Shown in pieces: positions 16,601 to 25,024 of a stretch of 64,000 nt of DNA; the first letter of the stretch is position 1, and each line of letters starts with the position of its first letter. Both the position numbers and the translations under genes were made by a program. This DNA comes from Verrucomicrobiales bacterium. Lineage in GTDB: Bacteria > Verrucomicrobiota > Verrucomicrobiia > Limisphaerales > UBA9464. The stretch lies in contig JAIYBC010000055.1 of the NCBI GenBank assembly GCA_027488845.1, positions 43,191-107,190 on the forward strand. The letters run 5' to 3'. The notes beneath the pieces were generated by a model. That model had not been told where the DNA came from, did not search any database, and saw only the letters and a program-made list of their open reading frames with translations.

Positions 16601-18877
16601 GTCCTCACCCACACCGACCTGCCACAACTCGATTTCATCGAACTCCACAACCCCACGGCGAACATCGCCGACGTCTCCGGTTGGTATCTTTCCGACGACC
16701 GGACGCGGCCGCGGAAGTTCCGAATCCCTGCGGGGACACGGATTCCGGCAGGTGGATTCCTCGTGTTCGACGAACAGGCCTTCGGGTCGGCGGCGAACGG
16801 CACCAACGCCTTCCGACTCGGATCACATGGCGAGGAGGTTCATCTCTACTCGGCGGATTCGGCCGGAGTCCTGACGGGATACTCGGACGGCGCCGCGTTC
16901 GGCGCCGCCGCAAACGGGGTGTCCTTCGGCCGCCATACCAACTCCATCGGTGACGTTTCGTGGCCGGCCCAGGTGGCGGTTACCGCCGGCGGAGCCAATG
17001 CGGGGCCACGGATGCCGATGGTGGTCATCAACGAGATCCTCCATTCGCCGGTCGCCGGGGAAGCGGAGTTCGTCGAGTTGAGGAACACCACGGACCGCGA
17101 CATCGCGCTCCACGATCCGTTGTTTCCCACCAACTCCTGGCGGCTGGCCGGCGTCGACTTCGATTTCCCCGCCGGTGCCGTGATCCCGGCGAACGGGCTC
17201 GCGCTGGTGACTTCATCGACCCCGGAGGCGGCCCGCGTCCGGCTGGGGCTGCCGGCCACGTTCCCGGTGTTCGGTCCGTTCGACGGATCCCTTTCCGACG
17301 AGGGAGAGAGGGTTGAGCTGTCGCGTCCCGACTCCCCCGACCGGGTGACCAACGGACTCGGGGCGGTGTCGGTGGTGGTGCCGATGATCGTCGTCGACTC
17401 CGTCCGTTACGACCGGGCGGCGCCGTGGCCGGTCCAGGCCGCCGTGGGTGGCACCTCGCTCGAACGGCGGCCGACCCCGGTCCATTCGGACGATCCTGCC
17501 GCCTGGTTCGCGGTCCCGGGCGAATCCACCCCGGGATCGGAGTCCGGCGGCAACCGCCCGCCGCGTGTCGACGCCGGGGCGGACCTCGCGGTGACCGCGG
17601 CCTCCTTCCCGGCGACCCTCCGGCTCAGCGGCACCGTGGTCGACGACGGGCGGCCCGGTCCGACGTCGCTCCGATGGACCCGTGTCTCGGGTCCTCCGTT
17701 GGCGGAGTTGGTCTCGCCGGAATCCGCGTCCACGGACCTTCGCCTGCCCGGTGTCGGCACCTGGGTCTATCGGCTGACCGCCCACGACGGGGAACGCACC
17801 GTCTCCGACGACGTCACGGTCCAGTTGACCCGTCCCTTGCCGGGGAGCGTCACGCTGCTTCCGTCCGGCGCCACGTGGCGCTACCTGGACTCGGCCGTGG
17901 CGCCTTCGGGCTGGGAAATGCCGGACTTCAACGATTCCGGCTGGTCGTCCGGGACCGCGGAACTGGGTTACGGCGACGGCGACGAGACCACGACCCTTTC
18001 CTTCGGACCCAACGCGTCGAGCAAACGGATCACCTACTACTTCCGCCATGCGTTCCAGGTTGCGGGTGCACGGGACCTGGTGGAGTCGGTCCTGCGTCTG
18101 GTGCGGGATGACGGGGCCCTGGTCTACCTGAACGGGAACGCCATTTCCCGGCAGAACCTACCCGAGGGCCCGGTGGGTCCGGACACACTGGCGGTGACGG
18201 CGGTCGGCGGCGCGGACGAGAGCACCTTCTTCGAGTCGCCGTTCGACCCGACGTTGCTCCGGGAGGGACGCAACGTGGTCGCCGTCGAACTCCACCAGAA
18301 CTCCGGATCCAGCAGCGACCTCAGCTTCAACCTCGCGCTGACCGGTCGGGCCGAGGTCACAAACCGGCCTCCCACGGTCGAGGTCGCCTTGGCGGATGCG
18401 GAAGCCAGGGTGGGGGTTCCGGTGAGGCTTTCGAACCGTGTTGCCGACGACGGCCTTCCTTCCACGCCGGGAGTTCCCACGGTGACCTGGACCTTGGTTG
18501 GGGGTCCCGGTGCCATGACGGTCGTCGGGCAGGAGGGGACGATCACCTCGGTCCGCTTCGACCAGGCTGGGGAGCATCGCCTCCGGGCGTCGGTGACCGA
18601 TGGTGTGTTCACCCGGACGGCGGACCTTTCGGTGGCCGTGATGGCCTCCGTGACGCCGCCCGACGGACAGGTCGTCCGGACTCCGAATGGACTGCAACTG
18701 CGGTTCACCCGGGAATCGGGGCGGTCGTATGCGGTCCAGCGGCGGGACGACCTGGTCGCGGGGGGGTGGATGCTTGTGGAGGCGTTCCCTGCGACGTCGG
18801 TGCAATCGACGGTGGAGGTTGCGCTGACCGTGGAGTCCGCAAGCCGGTTCTACCGCATCGTGACGCCGGCCCCGTGA
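13649..18877 (+). CDS. Very large secreted CotH kinase-family protein with multiple lamin-tail (LTD) domains
   Basis: The signal peptide is MNRHLAILLATLFVSVRVAAQ. Four LTD-like modules are present (EFSDWIEIRNEGSTPVNL, FEFVELKNVGNTELNL, LDFIELHNPTANIADV, AEFVELRNTTDRDIAL). The CotH core is ENCGVRIRGGFSR...KHAFRFYF...YVNGMYFGVFNSCERP. Two chitobiase-C-like Ig modules are also present. The upstream 327 codons of ORF 12668.. are antisense to prfB. Confidence 0.85.
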   Translation: MNRHLAILLATLFVSVRVAAQVTLTEFLTANTRGLRDENLEFSDWIEIRNEGSTPVNLLDWTLTDDPARPDLWSLPSTNLPAGGFLLVFASGKDRSLAGRELHASFSLSAAGGYLALFPPESPVAATEYVDYPQQTPDVSFGLVAEGRNFFNPPTPRAVNGAGLQDRVADTRFSRDRGFHSAPFDLVISTATPGAVIRYTTNGATPTVTVGTPYTGPIRIVGTTVVRAAAFRDGFQPSDVDTQSYLFIGDILRQSPDGRAPAGWPTSWGNGQVTDYGMDPDIVNSAAYRNLMTNALLALPTFCLVTDQANLFSTSTGIYANPGADGRAWERPASLELIHPDGRAGFQENCGVRIRGGFSRSTDNPKHAFRFYFREQYGKSRLAYPVFGTAGPQELEQFDLRTFQNYSWSFGGDPVGVFFRDLFSRDTQVAMGRNGERGDYFHLYVNGMYFGVFNSCERPEASFGEHYYGGSKDDYDVVKVEPDAGYVVEATDGNLAAWTRLYNAARAGLTNNADYFRIQGRDATGAEDPGAEVLVNVPDLIDYMLVAFYTGNFDAPVSRFLGESSPNNFFALRSRSNRMGFHFVSHDAEHTLKADEPSIDRTGPFSAGTTSVTKSNPYHFFRQMTANAEFRLTFADHVQRHFFNGGTLTTESVLARIARRTNELFLPVVAESARWGDSKRPTSPLTRDAHWIPAVRAVQQQFVGPRTATVLQQFRNKGWLPTLVAPSFSQHGGPVTTGQGIVLSAPAGTVMYTVDGSDPRLVGGAVAPAARTSRSGDALRFTDPTTVKARALNGTNWSALTEARFIPVYTFDGSSLMFSEIQYRPIGGPGVSSEDFEFVELKNVGNTELNLSGLRFSEGITYVFPDGSRLAPGRFVVLVGNPSTFTNRNPGVRFDGAFTGRLSDGGERLTLEHAAGGVVTSVRYDNSAPWPTTPDGLGFSLVPVNPDANPDPDSASGWRASSAIGGSPGRDDPAFQAVPVVVNEVLTHTDLPQLDFIELHNPTANIADVSGWYLSDDRTRPRKFRIPAGTRIPAGGFLVFDEQAFGSAANGTNAFRLGSHGEEVHLYSADSAGVLTGYSDGAAFGAAANGVSFGRHTNSIGDVSWPAQVAVTAGGANAGPRMPMVVINEILHSPVAGEAEFVELRNTTDRDIALHDPLFPTNSWRLAGVDFDFPAGAVIPANGLALVTSSTPEAARVRLGLPATFPVFGPFDGSLSDEGERVELSRPDSPDRVTNGLGAVSVVVPMIVVDSVRYDRAAPWPVQAAVGGTSLERRPTPVHSDDPAAWFAVPGESTPGSESGGNRPPRVDAGADLAVTAASFPATLRLSGTVVDDGRPGPTSLRWTRVSGPPLAELVSPESASTDLRLPGVGTWVYRLTAHDGERTVSDDVTVQLTRPLPGSVTLLPSGATWRYLDSAVAPSGWEMPDFNDSGWSSGTAELGYGDGDETTTLSFGPNASSKRITYYFRHAFQVAGARDLVESVLRLVRDDGALVYLNGNAISRQNLPEGPVGPDTLAVTAVGGADESTFFESPFDPTLLREGRNVVAVELHQNSGSSSDLSFNLALTGRAEVTNRPPTVEVALADAEARVGVPVRLSNRVADDGLPSTPGVPTVTWTLVGGPGAMTVVGQEGTITSVRFDQAGEHRLRASVTDGVFTRTADLSVAVMASVTPPDGQVVRTPNGLQLRFTRESGRSYAVQRRDDLVAGGWMLVEAFPATSVQSTVEVALTVESASRFYRIVTPAP

Positions 18878-18947
18878 TTCCATGCGGCCCTGGTGGGCCG
18901 GGGAACCCGAATCCTCCCGAGGGTGCGGCGAACCGGCCCAGCCGGGG

Positions 18948-19877
18948 TCAGGCGGCTTCGCGGTCGCCGGAGGCGAAGAGGGCCTCGGCGAACTGCTTGG
19001 CGTTGAACGGTTGCAGGTCCTCGGGCTGTTCACCCACACCGATGAACTTCACCGGGATGCCGAGTTCGCGCTGGATGGCGACGACGGCGCCGCCCTTGCT
19101 GGTGCCGTCGAGCTTGGTGATGACGAGGCCGGTGAGGCGGACGGCCTTGTGGAACTCACGCGCCTGGACCATGGCGTTCATGCCGGTGGAGCCGTCCAGC
19201 ACGAGCAGGACCTCATGGGGTGCGCCGGGAAGCTTCTTGTCCACCACGCGGTGCACCTTCTGCAGCTCCTGCATGAGGTTGTGCTTGGTGTGGAGTCGGC
19301 CGGCGGTGTCGATGAAGAGCCAGCGCGCGCCGCGGGCCTGGGCGGCGCCGACGGCGTCATGGGCGACCGAGGCGGGATCGGCCTGGTAGGCTCCGGCGAC
19401 GACCGGGACGTCGAGCCGCGTGCCCCAGAGCTGGAGCTGCTCGATCGCGGCGGCGCGGAAGGTGTCGCAGGCGGCGAGGATCGCAGGTTGTCCCCGTTGG
19501 GCCATGAGGTGCGCGAGCTTGGCGGTCGTGGTCGTCTTGCCTGTGCCGTTGACCCCGACGATGGAGACCACGGTCACGCCTTCGGGGCGGGGATCGAGGG
19601 CGGGATTGAACCCCGAGAGGCTCCGTTCCACCTCGCGGGCGGCGATCTCGACCAGGTCGAGTCCGGAGCGGCCCTGCGTCTCGAAGGCATGCCGGACCGC
19701 GGCAAGGATCTGCTGGGTCATCGGCATGCCCAGGTCCGCACCGAGCAGCGCGGCTTCCAGTTCCTCGGTGCTCGAGGCGGTCAGCCTTGGGGACCGGGTG
19801 ACGATGCGCTTGAACTCGTGGGCGAGGGAGGTGGTGGCCTTGGTGAAGGCGGACTTGAGCTTGTCGAAGAACCCCAT
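18948..19877 (-). CDS. ftsY: Signal recognition particle receptor FtsY
   Basis: Supporting motifs are GVNGTGKTTTTAKLA, ACDTFRAAAIEQL, DTAGRLH, TKLDGTSKGG and IKFIGVGE. Confidence 0.95.
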   Translation of the reverse strand: MGFFDKLKSAFTKATTSLAHEFKRIVTRSPRLTASSTEELEAALLGADLGMPMTQQILAAVRHAFETQGRSGLDLVEIAAREVERSLSGFNPALDPRPEGVTVVSIVGVNGTGKTTTTAKLAHLMAQRGQPAILAACDTFRAAAIEQLQLWGTRLDVPVVAGAYQADPASVAHDAVGAAQARGARWLFIDTAGRLHTKHNLMQELQKVHRVVDKKLPGAPHEVLLVLDGSTGMNAMVQAREFHKAVRLTGLVITKLDGTSKGGAVVAIQRELGIPVKFIGVGEQPEDLQPFNAKQFAEALFASGDREAA

Positions 19878-19920
19878 GGGTGGACGTGCGGTGTGCGAGG
19901 TGGAAGCGGGGATCCGGTGA

Positions 19921-20742
19921 TCAGGCGACGGAGCGACGGGCGCGGAGGGCCTCGACCTGGGCGTACGGCAGGCGGACCTTGCCGATCAGGGGGCGGCCCT
20001 TCGCCATGCCGTGGCAGTCGGATCCACCGGTGGCGACGAGGTCCAGTTCCGCGGCGCGTCGGGCATAGCCGGCCCCATCCTCCTCGGAATGCTTGGTGTG
20101 CCAGCATTCCAGTCCGTCGATGCCGGCCTCCTTGAGCCGCGGGATCAGTCCGTCGTTCCGGTACAGACCCGGGTGGGCGAGGACGGCGACGCCGCCTGCG
20201 GCATGGATCAGGGCGACGGAATCGTTGGCGGACATCCGGGCCTTGGGGACGAACCCGGGGCGCCCGCGGCGGAGGAAGCGTTCGAAGGCGTGGTCGTGGT
20301 CCTTCGCATAACCCTGCTGGACCAAGGCCCGCGCGACGTGCAGTCGGCCGGGCGCCTCGCAGTCCGCGATCGAGCGGACGAGTTCCGCGCTGAGGCCCAC
20401 GCCGTTCTCGTTCAGGCGGGTCACCATCTCGTGGATCCGACGCTGGCGCACCGCCTGGAAACGGTGCAGCTCGCCGAGAAGGGGTTCCGAGCCAAGGTCC
20501 AGCCAGTAGCCGAGGATGTGGACCTCCTGTCCGTCCACCTCCGCCGTGAGCTCGGCGCCGGGGATGAACTCGATGCCCCGCGCCCCGCAGGCCGCGGCCA
20601 TGCGGGGGCAGCCCTCGACGCTGTCGTGGTCGGTCAACGCCACGGCGTCGAGGCCCTGCTCGGCGGCGTGGCCGGCCAATTCCTCAGGGGACCAGGTCCC
20701 GTCCGAGAAGTGGGTGTGGAGGTGGAGATCGGCGAGTTTCAC
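19921..20742 (-). CDS. PHP-domain metal-dependent phosphoesterase (TrpH/YciV-like)
   Basis: MKLADLHLHTHFSDGTWSPEEL, ALTDHDSV, VLAHPG and GGSDCHG are the PHP His/Asp motifs. Confidence 0.85.
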   Translation of the reverse strand: MKLADLHLHTHFSDGTWSPEELAGHAAEQGLDAVALTDHDSVEGCPRMAAACGARGIEFIPGAELTAEVDGQEVHILGYWLDLGSEPLLGELHRFQAVRQRRIHEMVTRLNENGVGLSAELVRSIADCEAPGRLHVARALVQQGYAKDHDHAFERFLRRGRPGFVPKARMSANDSVALIHAAGGVAVLAHPGLYRNDGLIPRLKEAGIDGLECWHTKHSEEDGAGYARRAAELDLVATGGSDCHGMAKGRPLIGKVRLPYAQVEALRARRSVA

Positions 20743-20749
20743 TCCGGGA

Positions 20750-21262
20750 TCAGGTGGCCGGGGTGTCCTTGGCGGTACGCGCCGGACGCAGGATCTCGTC
20801 CTTCACCTTGTCGAGGATCCCGTTCACGAACTTGCCGCTGTCCGCGGTCGAGAACTTCTTCGCCACGTCGACCGCCTCGTTGATGCTGACCACAGGGGGG
20901 ATGTCGTCCCGGTGGAGGATCTCGTAGACGCCCAGGCGCATGACGTTGCGGTCGACGATCGCCATGCGGTGCAGGTCCCAGTTCTTGGCATGGCGCCGGA
21001 TCACGTCGTCGATGGAGGTCAGGTTTTCGAGGACGCCTCGGATCAGGGCGTCCGCGAAGATCCGCGTGGCGGCCTCCTCGGCGCTGGGGGGAGGAACGGC
21101 GATGCGTTCACCCCAGGTCGGCCCCTGGTTCTCCGAGAACGCGCTGGCCCGCTGGGTTTCCCAGAACTGGTTCAGTGCCGTCTCGATGTTCTCGGGCGGA
21201 TTGAGGTCGTGCTGGAACAGGAACTGGATGGCCCGTTCGCGGGCCTCGCGACGCTTGCGCAT
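20750..21262 (-). CDS. nusB: Transcription antitermination factor NusB
   Basis: Supporting sequence is RREARERAIQFLFQHD, W.LHRMAIVDRNVMRLGVYEIL and INEAVDVAKKFSTADSGKFVNGILDKV. Confidence 0.9.
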   Translation of the reverse strand: MRKRREARERAIQFLFQHDLNPPENIETALNQFWETQRASAFSENQGPTWGERIAVPPPSAEEAATRIFADALIRGVLENLTSIDDVIRRHAKNWDLHRMAIVDRNVMRLGVYEILHRDDIPPVVSINEAVDVAKKFSTADSGKFVNGILDKVKDEILRPARTAKDTPAT

Positions 21263-21351
21263 GAGGGCACCCTAGCGGGAATCGGGCGTGTGAAGAACCA
21301 TTTCTTGGCGCAGACGCCGTGGAAGGCGGTCCGGGCTCGGTTCCGAATCCC

Positions 21352-22572
21352 TCACACCTTCAGGAAGATCCGGCGTCGGTACAGCCAAAGGCACATCCAC
21401 CAGAAGATCCCGAGGACCACCGCACCTTCCAACGTGGGGGCGTACACCCCGCCCAGGCGGGTCCAGATGTCCTGACCCAGGTGGATCCGGAGGTTTTGCC
21501 GCACGAAACCTTCCCAGAGGTGGACGGTGACGTAGGTGAAGATGGAGTTCATGCCCACCACCTGCAGCGGGAAGGACCAGGCCCGGAGGTTCCAGGTGTC
21601 GATCAACAGGTGGAATCCGGCGAGGAACAGGCATGCCCAACCGCCGCTGAACAGCACCCAGGAAGGCGTCCAGATGCGTTTGACCACCGGGGCGATGCCG
21701 GAGACGTCCAGCAGCCATCCGGCGCCGAGTCCGGCGAGTCCGGCGACGGCGAGGATGCCGAGGCGACGCCCGATCGGGGTCTCCTCGCGCCGGAGCCAAC
21801 CGCCGGCGATGAGCCCGCAGATCATCGTTCCCAAGGTGGGGATGAAGCTCAGGGTCAGATATCCGCCGCCGTTGTAGAGGAACGTCTTCGACCGCGGGAA
21901 GAGGTTGAGGAACCACACGTCGAAGTGGTGTGCCGGATTGGCGTTCTTGTTCCAGTGGGCGGCGAATCCGTCGAGCCCATGTTGTTTCATCCAATCCGCG
22001 GAGACCCCCACCGTGGCCGGGTCGAACCCGGCGGCTGGTAGCGGTGCCGCCGCGAACCAGGCCCAGTAGCCGATCAGGATCGCCGCCAGCGCCAGCGCCT
22101 GGGTGCGGAAGCCGCGCCAGGCCAGCAGCCACAGGAAGGTGTAGCCCAAACCGATCTGGGTGAGGGTGTCCTCGAAGGTGAAGTTGGTCTGCGAGGCATG
22201 CGTGGAGCGCAGGAAAATGCCGAGGGCGGCAAGGGCGAAGCCGCGCCAGACGGTGTGGAGGAACATCCGCAGGAACGATTCGCCGCGGCCTTGGCGGCTG
22301 GAGATCGACCATGGCAGGGCGACGCCGACGAGGAACGAGAACGACGGCTGGATGAGGTCGTGAAGCGTGCAGCCCCGCCATTCGACATGGTCCTGGTTCC
22401 GCGCCAGGAGGCTCCAGAATCCGTTGCCCGGCAGCTTCTCCGCAACGGCTCCGAAACGGAGCACCTCGCCGGCCATCAGGAGCATCACCAGTCCGCGGTA
22501 GGCGTCCATCGAGGCCAATCGCTGCGGCTTCGTCTCGGTCTTCTCGTGGGAGGCCGGGGCAGGGGTGGACAT
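21352..22572 (-). CDS. Membrane acyltransferase-like protein (DUF5009/DUF1624, heparan-alpha-glucosaminide N-acetyltransferase-like)
   Basis: The N-terminal motif is RLASMDAYRGLVMLLMAGE...HVEWRGCTLHDLIQPSFSFLVGVA. About 10 further TM helices follow. Confidence 0.7.
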   Translation of the reverse strand: MSTPAPASHEKTETKPQRLASMDAYRGLVMLLMAGEVLRFGAVAEKLPGNGFWSLLARNQDHVEWRGCTLHDLIQPSFSFLVGVALPWSISSRQGRGESFLRMFLHTVWRGFALAALGIFLRSTHASQTNFTFEDTLTQIGLGYTFLWLLAWRGFRTQALALAAILIGYWAWFAAAPLPAAGFDPATVGVSADWMKQHGLDGFAAHWNKNANPAHHFDVWFLNLFPRSKTFLYNGGGYLTLSFIPTLGTMICGLIAGGWLRREETPIGRRLGILAVAGLAGLGAGWLLDVSGIAPVVKRIWTPSWVLFSGGWACLFLAGFHLLIDTWNLRAWSFPLQVVGMNSIFTYVTVHLWEGFVRQNLRIHLGQDIWTRLGGVYAPTLEGAVVLGIFWWMCLWLYRRRIFLKV

Positions 22573-22688
22573 GCCGCCGTTGTCGCAGCCGACGGCGGCG
22601 GGTGCAATGGCGTTGGTGGGGAAACAGGTCCGGAAGCCCCCGCCATTCCTGGATTGGCCCGCGGTGTCCCTGCGGACAGGATGCCCGG

Positions 22689-23519
22689 GTGAAACCGGTC
22701 GAGCTTCCCCCGTTGCTGGAGCGTCTCTTCGGCGCCGACCGCTACGCCTTCCAGTTCGGCATGCACCGCGCGGGCGGGGACTGGTTCGATCCGGCCGGAA
22801 GCGATCCCGCGGCGCTGGAGGAGCGGGCGCGTCTGCTGCGCGAGTCCCCGGAGACCTGCCGGGTCTGGGCTCCCGGCTCGGAGGAGGTCTTCGCCGACGC
22901 GGCCTCGCTGTTCACCGGCTTCGAAGCCGGGGCGTCGGATCCCGAGTCCCTTTCCCGGTTGTCGTCCATCTGGGAACCGGACTTCGTGCTCCTGCGCCGT
23001 GCCGACGACGGCGATTTCCGCCTCGTGGGCGGGGCGGTGTGCTTCCCGTCATCGTGGGACGTCCGGGAGAAGGTCGGTCTCGACGTCACCGCGATCCACG
23101 GGGTGGTGCCCGGGCTCAACGCGGCGTTGGGCGCCCGGATCCGGACTTTCCTGGGGCGGTTGCCGTCGGAAGGGGTGTTCGAACGGGAGAACTGGGGCCT
23201 CGCCGCGCACGGCGAGAGGAACGCCCATCCGGAACTGGGCCGACCCCGTCTCGGCCCGCACAGCCGCGTCGACAACACCTGGCTGCGCCTTGAGCACCAG
23301 GCCTTCCGCGCCTTGCCCGCCAGCGGAGGCATCCTCTTCGTCATCCGCCTGACGGTGCATCCGTTGTCCGAGGTGCTGGCGATCCCGGGCGTGTGCGGAA
23401 ACCTGCTGAGGCAATTGGAGACGATGCCCGATGAGGTGGCCGTGTACAAAGGCATCGAACCCGGCCGGGCGTCCTTGGTTGAGGCCCTCCGCCATCGGAA
23501 CGACGGGTCCGGGTCCTGA
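22689..23519 (+). CDS. DUF3445-like protein (heme-dependent oxidative N-demethylase alpha-subunit-like fold)
   Basis: Supporting sequence is LVGGAVCFPSSWDVREKVG...IHGVVPGLN...ENWGL...NTWLRLEHQAFRALPASGGILFVIR. The start is uncertain: GTG at 22689 was chosen, and the ORF opens at 22602. Confidence 0.55.
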   Translation: MKPVELPPLLERLFGADRYAFQFGMHRAGGDWFDPAGSDPAALEERARLLRESPETCRVWAPGSEEVFADAASLFTGFEAGASDPESLSRLSSIWEPDFVLLRRADDGDFRLVGGAVCFPSSWDVREKVGLDVTAIHGVVPGLNAALGARIRTFLGRLPSEGVFERENWGLAAHGERNAHPELGRPRLGPHSRVDNTWLRLEHQAFRALPASGGILFVIRLTVHPLSEVLAIPGVCGNLLRQLETMPDEVAVYKGIEPGRASLVEALRHRNDGSGS

Positions 23520-23618
23520 GCCGCGCGCGCATTCCGTTTCGATTGGCCTTGGAATGGAGATGACGTCTCCCGTCCGGCGTGCTTGATCGCCGGGGTGTCG
23601 AGGCTAGCTTCGCCGCCC

Positions 23619-24821
23619 ATGAGTTTCGTCGAGGCGTTCAACAACCTGCCGTTCGAGGCGCTGCTTTCGCGGGCGGCCACCACCGACGGCGCCGCGCCGC
23701 GGGCGGTTCTGGACCGTGGCGTCTCGTCCTTGGCCGACTTCGCGACGCTCCTTTCGCCCGCCGCCTCCGGGCACCTGGAGGAACTGTGCCGCCGCTCCCA
23801 GACGCTCACGCGCCAGCGCTTCGGCCGCACCATCCGCCTCTTCGCGCCGCTCTACCTCAGCAACGAGTGCATCAACAACTGCGCCTACTGCGGCTTCTCC
23901 CGGGACAACCCGATCCTGCGGGTGACGCTCTCCGTGGAGGAGGTCGAACGGGAGGCCCGCGCGCTCGCGGAGCAGGGGTTCCGCAACATCCTGCTCGTGG
24001 CCGGAGAACATCCGAAGTTCGTCTCGTCGGGCTACATGGCGGACTGCGTCCGTCGTCTGCATCCGTTCGTGCCCTCGATCTCGCTCGAGGTCGGGCCGAT
24101 GGAAACCCCGGAGTATGTGCCCTTGGTGGCGGCCGGTGCGGAGGGCCTGGTGGTGTACCAGGAGACCTACGACCGCGCGGTGTACTCGAAGATGCACACC
24201 CTCGGGCCCAAGCGGGACTTCGACTGGCGCCTGGCCACGCCCGAGCGGGCCTACGAGGCGGGTTTCCGCCGATTGGGCATCGCGGCCCTCTACGGCCTGT
24301 CAGACTGGCGTCGCGAGGCGCTGTCGGTGGCCGCGCATGCGTCGTGGCTGCTGAAGCATTGCTGGAAGGCCCAGGTGACGGTTTCGCTCCCGCGGTTGCG
24401 TCCCTGCGCTGGGGAGTTCCAGCCGCTCACGTCGTTCGCGGACCGGGACCTCGTTCAGGTCATCGCGGCGATGCGCCTGTTCCTTCCCGACGTCGGCATC
24501 GTGCTTTCCACCCGTGAGAACGCGGCTCTCCGGGACCGCTTGCTGCCCCTGGGGATCACCCACGCGAGCGCGGGCAGCCACACCGAGCCCGGGGGCTACA
24601 CGGGCGCCGGCAAGGACTCGCTCCACCACACGGTGCGGGGACGCATCGTGGAATTGGCGTCCGGGGCCGCTGGGATGACGCCGGCCGAGGGCCGGGCGAC
24701 CGGGGCGACCGGGCAGTTCGACATCGCCGACGACCGTCCTCCCGAGGTCGTCGCGGAGCAGATCCGTCGGCTCGGCTACGAACCGGTCTGGAAGGACTGG
24801 GACGCGGCGTTGAGCGCCTGA
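23619..24821 (+). CDS. thiH: 2-iminoacetate synthase (radical SAM, thiamine biosynthesis)
   Basis: The radical-SAM cluster motif is YLSNECINNCAYCGF. Also present are LLVAGEHP, the ThiH-type C-terminus THASAGSHTEPGGY and LGYEPVWKDW. The start is at MSFVEAFN. Confidence 0.85.
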   Translation: MSFVEAFNNLPFEALLSRAATTDGAAPRAVLDRGVSSLADFATLLSPAASGHLEELCRRSQTLTRQRFGRTIRLFAPLYLSNECINNCAYCGFSRDNPILRVTLSVEEVEREARALAEQGFRNILLVAGEHPKFVSSGYMADCVRRLHPFVPSISLEVGPMETPEYVPLVAAGAEGLVVYQETYDRAVYSKMHTLGPKRDFDWRLATPERAYEAGFRRLGIAALYGLSDWRREALSVAAHASWLLKHCWKAQVTVSLPRLRPCAGEFQPLTSFADRDLVQVIAAMRLFLPDVGIVLSTRENAALRDRLLPLGITHASAGSHTEPGGYTGAGKDSLHHTVRGRIVELASGAAGMTPAEGRATGATGQFDIADDRPPEVVAEQIRRLGYEPVWKDWDAALSA

Positions 24822-25024
24822 GCGGTGGGACCGTCACGCTGCGGAACGGTGCAGAAGGGATCGGCACGCCAGGCCGCAAAGCCGCTGGAGGAGCGGGAGT
24901 AGGCCGCTGGATTCCCGTCGCCGAACCGTACGCCGCGTGGTGACTGCGGTTTCGAACCGGAATCCTCCACTTCGTTGGCGGCTTGGCGATTTTGCGTGAG
25001 TCCCTTCCTCGGTTCCCGCGGCTT

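Noticed and set aside
23520-23618. A possible TPP (THI-box) riboswitch in front of thiH.
   Set aside because: The leader contains cggggtgtc, but it lacks the CUGAGA element and the ACCC...GAACCUGAUC...GGAUAAUGCC core of the THI element. I cannot support a riboswitch call by eye. A covariance-model scan (Rfam RF00059) would settle it.
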